Source: Candidatus Omnitrophota bacterium (lineage in GTDB: Bacteria > Omnitrophota > Gorgyraeia > JABMRN01 > RBG-13-46-9). Taken from it: a stretch of DNA of 64,000 nucleotides. Shown here piece by piece: positions 39,757-48,819 of this stretch. Each line of letters opens with the position of its first letter. The first letter of the stretch is position 1. The stretch spans positions 65,540 to 129,539 of the forward strand of contig JBDRHE010000059.1 in assembly GCA_043817155.1 (NCBI GenBank). Reading direction: 5' to 3'. A program made the translations under genes and the position numbers. Under the pieces are notes generated by a model. It saw only the letters and a list, made by a program, of their open reading frames with translations. It was not told where the DNA came from and did not search any database.

Positions 39757-40461
39757 TTAATCTATGTTTAAACTCTTCGCTTTCTTCAAATCTTTAGGAA
39801 AATCGATCTCTACCCATTTTAAACCGTCTATCAGCTCATACGATATGGTCATGCTCTTAAAGAGATCCGGTATGATAAACTCATAACCGGCCTGCCTCTC
39901 TCCTGCAATAATTTTCTTCTCGAGCAATGCCTTCAATCTTCTTGAGCCAGGCAACGAGAATTTTGTAACGCCGGCCCATTCTCCCAGAATGCCATAATCC
40001 CCGCTCAGTCCTCTGGCCAGGCGAACGGCCCGGCCATTAGTGAATCCGACCCGCACCGCCTCGTCATCATTGCCCGATTTTTGGTCGATCAAAAAGAAGT
40101 TCTGTTTTTTCGATCTAAACACCGTTTCTATAACATCCCTTTCAAAGTACGTGTCCGAATCTATAAGCAACGTACTCCCATTCAAATGCTCTCTTGCCCT
40201 CCACAGAGAAAGGATGCTGCCTTCTCCAAAATCGTCATTGTTGATAAAGCTGACCTTTAGCCTGTGTTTTTTAACTTTATCAATTACTTTTTTTGCCTTG
40301 TATCCCACGACAATAACTATATTTCGCACACCGCATTCCTTGAGCATCTTTATCATTCGTACGATAAGCGCTTCTTTGTTTACCTCCGCGAGGCATTTCG
40401 GGTCATTCGTATAACCCCTGAGACGCTTTCCCTCCCCGGCAGCAAGTATGATGGCCTTCAT
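39757..40461 (-). CDS. LicC-like sugar/phospho-alcohol nucleotidyltransferase (putative CTP:phosphonate or phosphocholine cytidylyltransferase, PntC/LicC family)
   Basis: MKAIILAAGEGKRL NTP-transferase motif; ~234 aa; overall resemblance to LicC. Translationally coupled to PhnW. Confidence 0.65.
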   Translation of the reverse strand: MKAIILAAGEGKRLRGYTNDPKCLAEVNKEALIVRMIKMLKECGVRNIVIVVGYKAKKVIDKVKKHRLKVSFINNDDFGEGSILSLWRAREHLNGSTLLIDSDTYFERDVIETVFRSKKQNFFLIDQKSGNDDEAVRVGFTNGRAVRLARGLSGDYGILGEWAGVTKFSLPGSRRLKALLEKKIIAGERQAGYEFIIPDLFKSMTISYELIDGLKWVEIDFPKDLKKAKSLNID

Positions 40462-41522
40462 AATAGTTTCTTAAAAATAGCTAAAAACATATTTATATCT
40501 TTTTTTGAAATAACGCCGACAGTTCCAAGCCGAAAGGTCGTATCCTTAAGTTCTCCCGGTGAGGCGTATATAACAAATCCCCTCTTTTTGAATTCATCAT
40601 GAAGCCATGGATAACTCTTGCCTTTCGGCATATAGACTGCGGTCATTGTATTTGACATCAATCTTCCCGGCAGAAAAAAACGCATGCCGAGTTTTTTTAA
40701 GCCCCTTCGCAGATATCCGGTCGTATCTCTATATTTTTTTATTCTATTATGGACGCCTTCGCTCTTAAGCTCTTTTAACGCCTCATCGAATGCGTAAAAC
40801 GCCTGGACAGGAGGCGTAAAAGGCGTCTGGCCACCCCTCTCTGTATCAAGATGCCGGGAGAGGTTCGTATAAAAAGAATGTGACGTGCAATCCTCTATCG
40901 TCTTAAGAAAGCGTTTACTCGCTACCGCAAATGATATACCTGGAACTGCGCGGATACATTTATTTACTGACCCTATAACGACATCTATGCCCCAACCCTT
41001 AATGTCGATATTCTCGCTTGCGATGCTGCTTATGGCGTCGGTTAAAACAAGTCTCTTATATTTTTTTGCCACCAGAGATATCTCTTTTAGGGGGTTGACA
41101 AGGCCGGTTGTCGTTTCGTGATGCACAATATAGACAGCTCCGAAACGCGCCTGCCTCAATTTAGATCGTATGTGACCAAGATCCGGCAGACTGCCCCATT
41201 TGCACTTCATCTCTTCAATTTTTATATTGCATACTCGCGCGATATCCGCGGCGCGCTCTCCATAGATCCCGTTTGATACCACTAATATCTCTTTATCGTA
41301 CCCACCAAACGCCGCTATGACGCTCTCGATAGCCGCTGTACCCGAACCTCCCAGAAAGACGCTTTCGTATCCATCGCGCACACCCAAAATATCCATAAGA
41401 TTCGCCCTGGCACCGTTTAATAGGTCTGAAAATTCCGTATCCCGGTGGCTAATATCGGGTTTTAAAAGCGCCCTTCTTACTCTTTCGGATATGTTCGCCG
41501 GTCCCGGTGAAAATATTACCAT
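40458..41522 (-). CDS. phnW: 2-aminoethylphosphonate:pyruvate aminotransferase (PhnW-type class V aminotransferase)
   Basis: Class V AT N-terminus (IFSPGPANIS); PLP-lysine region SVNKCIRAVPGISF. Located directly downstream of PEP mutase and phosphonopyruvate decarboxylase. Confidence 0.7.
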   Translation of the reverse strand: MVIFSPGPANISERVRRALLKPDISHRDTEFSDLLNGARANLMDILGVRDGYESVFLGGSGTAAIESVIAAFGGYDKEILVVSNGIYGERAADIARVCNIKIEEMKCKWGSLPDLGHIRSKLRQARFGAVYIVHHETTTGLVNPLKEISLVAKKYKRLVLTDAISSIASENIDIKGWGIDVVIGSVNKCIRAVPGISFAVASKRFLKTIEDCTSHSFYTNLSRHLDTERGGQTPFTPPVQAFYAFDEALKELKSEGVHNRIKKYRDTTGYLRRGLKKLGMRFFLPGRLMSNTMTAVYMPKGKSYPWLHDEFKKRGFVIYASPGELKDTTFRLGTVGVISKKDINMFLAIFKKLL

Positions 41523-41550
41523 TATCCACCCCTTATCTGATAGGTCTCTT

Positions 41551-43056
41551 TTACATATATTCTTTCAAATATATCTCTTTCAATCGCTCAAATTGCTTAT
41601 CGCCTTCTGCGTCAAACTTTTCACACCTTTCGATTGCCGGCCACATCTCTTCGGGAAACTTCACGTACATAGAAAATGTCCTCTGGAGCCCTTTGATCTC
41701 ATGCGGCGGCAAATGGGGCATTCTTATGTCGGTATCCAATCTGTAATCTCCCGCTATTGCCTTTGGATCGAGGTATCCCTTATCGATAGATAGCTGCCGG
41801 AGCTTGGTACCCCTGTAAGGTGTGAATATATTCACGATGACATTATCGGCCTTGAGCTCTCTGTTCAGTCTTATCGTATCGAAAATAAGTTTTCGTGTCT
41901 CGGTAGGAAACCCGATTATGTTATTGGCGCATGTTCTTATTCCTGTTTTTTTTGCTATACGAAATGCTTTGGCAATCGTATCATTCTTTATCTTTTTGTT
42001 GAGTATGTCTGTGCGGAATTTGTCATTACCGTGCTCTACACCGATACTGATACCCTCGCAACCAACACCGCGCAATAACGAGATCCTATCTTCCATTACC
42101 GAATCGGGGCGCGTCTCAATCCAAAAAGGTAACCCTATTTTTTTGTAGTGTTCTATGAAAGATGCGAATCGTTCTTCGCTCATCATAAGAAAATTTTCGG
42201 CTATAATATATATGTATTGAAGCCCGTAACGCGAACGTTTCTTTTCTATCTCGTCCATTAAGATCTCTATGCTTTTTTCTCTGTAATAGCGTCCCTGGGT
42301 CTTATAGATATCCTGTAATTTTTTGTTGCAACAGAAGGCGCAGTCATAGGGGCATCCTCTATTCATTTCGAACGCGCCGGCTATGTAGATCTTGCCGCCC
42401 ATCGGCTTGTAGAAACGTTGTTTTTCGTATTCTTCCCAATCTTGATATGGCAGGTCATCCAAATTCACGAGTGCCCCTTGGGGGCTACTGTGAATCCTGC
42501 CATCTCTCTTTGTCCAGATATTAGGTATATCCTCATAAGCCTTACCATGCCGCAAACGCTCGGCGAGTTCCAACAGAGCCCTTTCTCCCTCACCCACGCA
42601 TATCATATCTACAGCTTCTTCCTTTATCACCTCATCGGGAGAAAACGTAACATGCACACCTCCCATAATTGTCGGGATACCGCATCCTTTTATGGCATCT
42701 AACAGTTGCAGCCCGATCAAGTAAGTAGATTCCACGACAGAAACGGCTATGAGATCCGGCTCAAATTCCCGTATAAGCTTCTTAAAATCGGAGGTGATCT
42801 CCGTCTCTTTGGGGAAAATTCCGAGCGCCGCAAAATCCGTATATTTCACCTGTAGTGTAGCTACACGGGCATCGTCACCTGTCCTTTCCCGCGTTTTGTA
42901 GAATGTCGTATCAAAGAGTCTAACTTCATGTCCTGCTTGTTTTAAACAACCCGCGAGAAGCGATATGCCAAGGGGTATGAGATTATCTAAAAAACTATTG
43001 GCCAGAACCAATAATACCTTTGTTCCGCGTTTTTTGTCTTTTGCGCCCTTTTGCAT
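41551..43056 (-). CDS. B12-binding domain radical SAM protein
   Basis: NRGCPYDCAFC; CVGEGE cobalamin-domain motif. Confidence 0.8.
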   Translation of the reverse strand: MQKGAKDKKRGTKVLLVLANSFLDNLIPLGISLLAGCLKQAGHEVRLFDTTFYKTRERTGDDARVATLQVKYTDFAALGIFPKETEITSDFKKLIREFEPDLIAVSVVESTYLIGLQLLDAIKGCGIPTIMGGVHVTFSPDEVIKEEAVDMICVGEGERALLELAERLRHGKAYEDIPNIWTKRDGRIHSSPQGALVNLDDLPYQDWEEYEKQRFYKPMGGKIYIAGAFEMNRGCPYDCAFCCNKKLQDIYKTQGRYYREKSIEILMDEIEKKRSRYGLQYIYIIAENFLMMSEERFASFIEHYKKIGLPFWIETRPDSVMEDRISLLRGVGCEGISIGVEHGNDKFRTDILNKKIKNDTIAKAFRIAKKTGIRTCANNIIGFPTETRKLIFDTIRLNRELKADNVIVNIFTPYRGTKLRQLSIDKGYLDPKAIAGDYRLDTDIRMPHLPPHEIKGLQRTFSMYVKFPEEMWPAIERCEKFDAEGDKQFERLKEIYLKEYM

Positions 43057-44516
43057 TAAGTGACCCTTCCCATGATCATTTCCGAAAGTTCAGGGTGTTT
43101 TATCAGAAATCCTTCAAACTTGTTTTCCCACGCCTTGGGATTCCTTCTTCTAGAAGCCTCGTTAAATTCTCTCGTTCTCCTCTCGACCATTTTTTCCAGC
43201 TTCTCGGGCTCTATGCCGTAATTATCCGGTGAATCTTTGGGAATACGTATCTTGACTTTTTTGAGATCCATCCCAAAATCTCCGCCGTATAGATAGCCCT
43301 TCTCCAGGCTGTAATCATATAACTCGGAACCCGGAAGAGGACTTGCTATAAAAAAAGAGATGCTATCCGCCTCTGTTTGTGAAGGAAAATCGAGCGTCTG
43401 ATAGATCTCTTCCTTTGTCTCTCCGGGAAGTCCGACCAAAAATAAGAGATGGACGCTTATTCCGTTCTCATGCGCCTTGCGAATGAGATGTTTCGACTTA
43501 TCCAAATCGACATTCTTGTGTACAATCTCCTTCAACACCCGGGGAGAAGCGCTCTCTATAGCCATGCTTATCTGGTAACAGCCGCTCTGGCCCATGACGC
43601 GCAGAAGTTCTTCGTCAACGGTATTTGTCATAAGGCCGTGGGGGGTACACCAGTGGATGTTGAGATGCTTCATCCTGCGAAAGAGTTCCTTTGCCCTTTT
43701 CGGATCAGCGGTAAGATTATCATCGATAAACTGAACCTCTCCGATATTATACCTTTCTTTGAGTAGCTCTATCTCTTCCATAATGTTATCAACGCTTCTC
43801 TTTCTGAATTTCCTTCCCCAGTAATTTACCGTAGAACAGAAATTGCACTTTCCGGGACATCCTCTCGATGTCAATATTTGAACAACCCTGTTACTCTTAA
43901 AAAAAGGCGCGTAGGGTACGGCAATATCGAAATAACGTTCTAAATCGACCAGATGCCTGGCGGGGAGAGGCAATGAGTCGAGGTCTTCGATCCGTGAGGT
44001 CGGCTGGTTTATTATTACACGACCTCCTTTTTTATAAGCTATTCCGTCTATATCGAGATCTCCCTCTAGGAGTTTCACGAGTCTCTCTTCCCCCTCTCTC
44101 ATAACGATATAATCGACATTGCGATCCGCCAAAATGTCCCGGGGGTAAAGAGACGGATGGAGCCCACCTACTATGACGGTAATGTCGCCCGCTTCTTTCG
44201 CCAGTTTACATATCTTAAGCGTCTCCTGTATGCGTGCGGAAAATAGGGAACTGACGCCTACTGCATCCGGCTGAAAAGTCTTTATTCTCTTTAGGATCTC
44301 TTGATCGCTTAAACCATAGTGAATGTACCCCCCTCCGAGATCCGTTATTTCGTTATAGCCCTCGGCGCTTGAATCCAATATATTTACCTTATAGCCGTGC
44401 TTTTCCAGGGACGAAGCAATGTACAGTAAACCTAAAGGCTCTCCGATTCTGCGGATACTGTCATTGGGCATAACCATGCCAGGTTCTATTAACATGATCT
44501 TATTAATTTTCTTCAT
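43056..44516 (-). CDS. B12-binding domain radical SAM protein (start placed at internal MKKINKIM, which gives an ATGA overlap with the upstream gene)
   Basis: SRGCPGKCNFC; MREGEE cobalamin-domain motif. The ORF track extends to 44648, but those 44 upstream codons overlap the preceding decarboxylase subunit. Confidence 0.75.
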   Translation of the reverse strand: MKKINKIMLIEPGMVMPNDSIRRIGEPLGLLYIASSLEKHGYKVNILDSSAEGYNEITDLGGGYIHYGLSDQEILKRIKTFQPDAVGVSSLFSARIQETLKICKLAKEAGDITVIVGGLHPSLYPRDILADRNVDYIVMREGEERLVKLLEGDLDIDGIAYKKGGRVIINQPTSRIEDLDSLPLPARHLVDLERYFDIAVPYAPFFKSNRVVQILTSRGCPGKCNFCSTVNYWGRKFRKRSVDNIMEEIELLKERYNIGEVQFIDDNLTADPKRAKELFRRMKHLNIHWCTPHGLMTNTVDEELLRVMGQSGCYQISMAIESASPRVLKEIVHKNVDLDKSKHLIRKAHENGISVHLLFLVGLPGETKEEIYQTLDFPSQTEADSISFFIASPLPGSELYDYSLEKGYLYGGDFGMDLKKVKIRIPKDSPDNYGIEPEKLEKMVERRTREFNEASRRRNPKAWENKFEGFLIKHPELSEMIMGRVT

Positions 44517-45088
44517 TCCAGCGCTACTCCTGCCATCTCTTGTTTGATTCTGGATGTAAGCTCCTCCGGAGAAACGGCAACTCTCTTGGATGCTCTTTCG
44601 GTTCCGGAGAGACTTATTTTCAATAAAATAAAGACTGGACCTTTGCAAGTCAAGATCTCGCCAATCGAATCCCTAAGAATCTTCAAGTTGCTGAGCTTAA
44701 AAACCTTTTTATACCCGGCTGATTTCGCTATCTTCGAAAGGTCGACACGCCTGGTAAGCGTTGGCTGTCCCCCCGTGGATTCGTAACTCTCATTATCCAA
44801 TACAATGTGCGCTAAGTTAGGAGGATTGTGGCTCGCGATCATACCAAGCGATCCCATATCCATCAGAACGCTGCCGTCACCATCGAATATAAAAACTTTT
44901 TTTTCTGTACTTAGCGCCATACCCAATCCTACAGAGGAGACTAAACCCATGGAGCCCACGATGTAAAAATTGCCAGGTCTGTCGCTCTTTGAAAATGCGT
45001 AACGGGAGATATAGCCTGTCGTAAAAAGAGCGATATCTTCGCTTCCCAGATGATTCAACATAATGGCCAAAGCTTCACGACTCTTCAT
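44513..45088 (-). CDS. Phosphonopyruvate decarboxylase, beta subunit (TPP-binding C-terminal domain; ComE-like)
   Basis: ThDP-binding GDG motif FDGDGS...NESYESTGGQ. Confidence 0.7.
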   Translation of the reverse strand: MKSREALAIMLNHLGSEDIALFTTGYISRYAFSKSDRPGNFYIVGSMGLVSSVGLGMALSTEKKVFIFDGDGSVLMDMGSLGMIASHNPPNLAHIVLDNESYESTGGQPTLTRRVDLSKIAKSAGYKKVFKLSNLKILRDSIGEILTCKGPVFILLKISLSGTERASKRVAVSPEELTSRIKQEMAGVALE

Positions 45089-45573
45089 CCAATTATTCCT
45101 TTTTTAACGATAAGAGCGCAGGGAACCGAATGCCGTCTCATTGTCTCAAGCGCCCAATCAACGTCTCTCTTATAATGCCCGCTTAAAACCCGATAAGGTA
45201 TCTCCAGACTTTCGAGGAGATCGGTTGTTATTTTACCCATAATGCTATGCTGCGGCGCATCTTTTCCCTGAAACCCGCGCCATGTAATAAACATAAGTAC
45301 GGGGATCTTGTAAATAAGGTTAAATGACGTGAGTGCATTTATTGTGTTGCCCAACCCTGAATTTTGCATTAGAATGCAAGACGGTTTCCCGGCCAAATAG
45401 GCTCCGCTTGCCACGCCCAAGGCAGCATTCTCTCTTACCGCCGACACGTATTTAACTTCACGGTCATTCAATATTACCTGAAGCATACCCTGAAGAATAG
45501 AGCAAGGTACTCCCGAATAGAATAGCAAACCGTTATTTTTTAAATAAGTAATAAGTCGTGACGCGTTTATCAT
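45085..45573 (-). CDS. Phosphonopyruvate decarboxylase, alpha subunit (TPP pyrimidine-binding N-terminal domain; ComD-like)
   Basis: YSGVPCS...ENAALGVASGAYLAG pattern of the sulfopyruvate/phosphonopyruvate decarboxylase family; ATGA overlap with the beta subunit. Confidence 0.7.
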   Translation of the reverse strand: MINASRLITYLKNNGLLFYSGVPCSILQGMLQVILNDREVKYVSAVRENAALGVASGAYLAGKPSCILMQNSGLGNTINALTSFNLIYKIPVLMFITWRGFQGKDAPQHSIMGKITTDLLESLEIPYRVLSGHYKRDVDWALETMRRHSVPCALIVKKGIIG

Positions 45574-47207
45574 ATAAACTTTTTTAGAAGAGAACAGGCC
45601 AGCTTATAGTCCTCCATGGAGTGAATCTCCATCCAACCTGAGTCCGCTTCCATACAGAAAACATCGAATCCTGAATCGACTACTTCACTCAGAAAGTCAG
45701 CCAGGCTTGCCTTCTTAAACCTCCTCCTATTCTTCTTATAGACCTCTTTGAAAATCTTTACGCCCTTTGGCGAGAGAAATGTCATCCCCGGGAATTCTCC
45801 GATTGCTTCTTCGCGATCTATCCTTGAGCCTATTCTTCTTACTAACTTCAAGGAGTCGGCAGAAAGGAGCCTTCTCGCCTTTCGCGATTTCCCGTCCGTA
45901 ACCACGAAATCGACCTTCTTCTCGGGTCCATAATCCTTGGAGTCCCATGTTTTGTCAAGTAGGATCGTTATATCCTTCCTGCTCTCCGCCATTCTCTGCA
46001 ATATAATGTGGTCAAATAAAACATCACCGTAAATAATAAACGCGCGCTGATTGACTTTATCCAGCGCCTCCATAATCGAATAGAGTACGCCGGTCTCTCT
46101 ATATAAGTCATTATTGATGACCTTTACGCCCGGAACGGTAATTTTATCCTGCTTATAGCCGGCAATAACGTTAACGTCATACACCCTGCAACGATTCAAT
46201 GTTTCAAGCTGCTTTTGAAGTAAGGGTTTTCCGTTTATATCGAGCATAGATATGGGAATGTCATTCGAAATATCCTTCATGGAATGCTCTTCAAGATGAT
46301 CGCCGGCAGCGGGAATTATCGCAACGATCCCATCTTTTGCGGATTCTGAAAAGATCTTCTCATCCTCTTTCATCTTATGCATACCCTGAATGTCAAAAAC
46401 CTCCTTCATCGAAGCGATATTATTTTCGACAATAGAGGTCGAGCCGTGCTTCATGATCTCCCTGAACGTCTTTTGCATTGACCGGATAGCCGCACGTATG
46501 CCATGATTTGCGTAAATGACCATTTTAACATTCATCTTCTCGAGCTGCCGCACGGTTACTCTAAAATACGTAGTGGGCACTACCACAAGCGGCGCCTTAT
46601 TTTTCCACCTCCTTATAAATTCCTTTATCTCCTTATCGGTATTGGATTTGCTGTGTATCAATATTGCATCGGCTCCTGCCTGGGCGTAGGCATTTGCCCT
46701 TTTCACAGCTTCGCTTACTCCCCATCCGGCTATTAATGCCTCGACCCTGGCAATAACCATAAAATCTTTTCCCGTCTGCGCGTTCTTTGCGGCGAGTATC
46801 TTTCCTACGAACTCGGATAACGGCGCCAGTTCCTGCCTGCCCGGTACAAAGCTATTGACTTTCGGAAAATGCTTGTCTTCGATCGATACAGCCGCTATTC
46901 CTGCGGCCTCGTACTTCTTAACCATATGAATCACATTGTTTGAGTTCCCGAAACCGGTATCACAATCCGCCACGATCGGTATAGAGACGCTCTCGTTCAT
47001 TGATATGGCGCAATTTAGAAAATCGGTCATGGTCAGTATATTCGCGTCGGGCACTCCAAAGCTTGTTGAGATCTCAAGCCCGCTTGACCACACACAGTCG
47101 AAACCCGCGTTTTCAGCCAGCTTCGCGCCCATTGCGCTATGAGCCCCCATAACACGAATAATGCCATTACGCCTGAATAGCTCTCTTAGCTTCTTTGCTT
47201 TATTCAT
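45570..47207 (-). CDS. pepM: Phosphoenolpyruvate phosphomutase fused to a C-terminal nucleotidyltransferase (cytidylyltransferase-like) domain
   Basis: N-terminal ~290 aa with PEP mutase/isocitrate-lyase superfamily blocks (VMGAHSAMGAKLAENAGFDCVW, PIVADCDTGFGN, SIEDKHFPKVNSF). C-terminal ~240 aa carries an NTP_transferase fold (IIPAAGDHLE...GKPLL). Confidence 0.8.
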   Translation of the reverse strand: MNKAKKLRELFRRNGIIRVMGAHSAMGAKLAENAGFDCVWSSGLEISTSFGVPDANILTMTDFLNCAISMNESVSIPIVADCDTGFGNSNNVIHMVKKYEAAGIAAVSIEDKHFPKVNSFVPGRQELAPLSEFVGKILAAKNAQTGKDFMVIARVEALIAGWGVSEAVKRANAYAQAGADAILIHSKSNTDKEIKEFIRRWKNKAPLVVVPTTYFRVTVRQLEKMNVKMVIYANHGIRAAIRSMQKTFREIMKHGSTSIVENNIASMKEVFDIQGMHKMKEDEKIFSESAKDGIVAIIPAAGDHLEEHSMKDISNDIPISMLDINGKPLLQKQLETLNRCRVYDVNVIAGYKQDKITVPGVKVINNDLYRETGVLYSIMEALDKVNQRAFIIYGDVLFDHIILQRMAESRKDITILLDKTWDSKDYGPEKKVDFVVTDGKSRKARRLLSADSLKLVRRIGSRIDREEAIGEFPGMTFLSPKGVKIFKEVYKKNRRRFKKASLADFLSEVVDSGFDVFCMEADSGWMEIHSMEDYKLACSLLKKFI

Positions 47208-47234
47208 GATCTTCTCTCTTTTTTATTTGCCCTC

Positions 47235-48815
47235 TTATCGATGGGCAAAGCCCAACTTCCCTTTTACCTTTTTAAAAATTAACCTTATTTCTTCTTTATC
47301 CGTACCCGCAATTTTGGGAAATAGATATACGAGTCCGGCAATAACCGCGAAATATATAACCATCTCCGTTACGAGCCTCGCAATAAGAAGGCTGGTTCCC
47401 CGGTCTTTTAAAAAAAACCCAACAATCGCTTTCAAAAGATACATAACAGAGGCTAAGATCGCCCCGCAATAGATCTGGTGCCACCAGAAATGCCCGGGTC
47501 GAATTTTAAAGAATCGACAATTATAAACAAGATAAACTTGAACAACAACAAATTGCCAGATTACAGTCTTAAGGGCAAGGCCCAGCGCGCCCAATTCTAA
47601 TCCGGGTATCGCGAAATTTTTTGGCGCGAGAAAATAATAGGTTAAAGGAATGCCTGAAATCATGGCAATTACGGATATGTTTCTAAGCTGTGCGGTTCTT
47701 TCCGTAGCGTAAAAAGCGGTCCCTCCTAACTGGCCGTATACCTGGTGGATAGGATAAAAAGCCATGATCACGACAACGGTCGTCGCCGGTAAAAATTTCG
47801 GGCCTGCGATCAGTCCCAGCAATTGTTTCGCGTGAAAAGCAAGAAATACGGCCAGTAACAAGGTAAGAAAGTACATTATTTTTAAAAAGCGTGAAAATAT
47901 GCTCGAGGCGCGCGCGGTGTCATGTTTACCGATCGAACTGGCCATTTCACGGTTATATATGGCCAGGATCGACGTAGTAAAAAGAGTGGCAAATGCCGCC
48001 CAGCTGGAGGCTATATGAAAGTACCCCTGATTTATCGATCCTGAGAATCTCTGCAGAATCATCCTGTCAAAATACTCAAATACAAGGCCCACCAGGAGAA
48101 TGGCAACAAGCGGTGAGCAAAACTTATAGAAATAATCAAAAAACTCTTTCAGTTTCCCTTTTACCCTGCCTTCCCAGTATAGGTTCCTGTTGGGAATTAT
48201 TATCCAGAATATAATAGAAAGAGAAATGGTCGCCGAGCAGATCGTCTGTATCGCTATATATCGTCCCAGGTTTAATAATCCGTTCAGAGCGAAATATACA
48301 AGTACCGCGATATTGAGAAGCCCTATACAAAGGCTGATGATCTGGGCGGGCCTGGTGAATCCCTTGCTATCACTCAATTGTTTAAGCGTGCTTACTGAAA
48401 AGAAGACCCAGTCAAAAACCAGTACCCAGATTATATATTTTAGCCCTTGCCCGGGCCAGATAAAGCTGGATATCCCTATCATCACCGCAAATCCTACCAG
48501 AGAGAGCGTAATCAAAAGCTGTCCTACTAACCATACGGAATAGGCCTTGACGAGGGGACCGGTCTTTTCATGCTTTGAATTATAGTTAAAGAACGCGCTT
48601 GAGGTGCCAAGGTTTAAAAAATTCCTGAGCGCGGTACTCACCTTCATCAGGAAGCTAAAGTCCCCCAGCTGCTTCGGCCCCAGCGCCCTGGGGACAATGC
48701 CCGCAGTAACAAGGCTTACGAAGAAAAAGACTGCGTTACTAAATAACGTTACAAAGTATCTCTTGCCTACAGAGTCTACAGCACGCGGTTTTGTGTCATC
48801 TTTAACAATACTCAT
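47235..48815 (-). CDS. Wzx-like oligosaccharide flippase (MOP superfamily polysaccharide biosynthesis protein)
   Basis: 526 aa, ~12-14 TM helices; N-terminal region typical of RfbX/Wzx. Confidence 0.65.
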   Translation of the reverse strand: MSIVKDDTKPRAVDSVGKRYFVTLFSNAVFFFVSLVTAGIVPRALGPKQLGDFSFLMKVSTALRNFLNLGTSSAFFNYNSKHEKTGPLVKAYSVWLVGQLLITLSLVGFAVMIGISSFIWPGQGLKYIIWVLVFDWVFFSVSTLKQLSDSKGFTRPAQIISLCIGLLNIAVLVYFALNGLLNLGRYIAIQTICSATISLSIIFWIIIPNRNLYWEGRVKGKLKEFFDYFYKFCSPLVAILLVGLVFEYFDRMILQRFSGSINQGYFHIASSWAAFATLFTTSILAIYNREMASSIGKHDTARASSIFSRFLKIMYFLTLLLAVFLAFHAKQLLGLIAGPKFLPATTVVVIMAFYPIHQVYGQLGGTAFYATERTAQLRNISVIAMISGIPLTYYFLAPKNFAIPGLELGALGLALKTVIWQFVVVQVYLVYNCRFFKIRPGHFWWHQIYCGAILASVMYLLKAIVGFFLKDRGTSLLIARLVTEMVIYFAVIAGLVYLFPKIAGTDKEEIRLIFKKVKGKLGFAHR

Positions 48816-48819
48816 ACTT

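Noticed and set aside
43056-44648. Long N-terminal extension (44 aa) of the radical SAM protein overlapping the decarboxylase beta-subunit by 136 bp
   Set aside because: The extension is not conserved-looking (MQRSSLYFIENKSLRNRK...). An internal Met (MKKINKIM) gives a 4-bp ATGA coupling overlap instead, so the start was moved to 44516.
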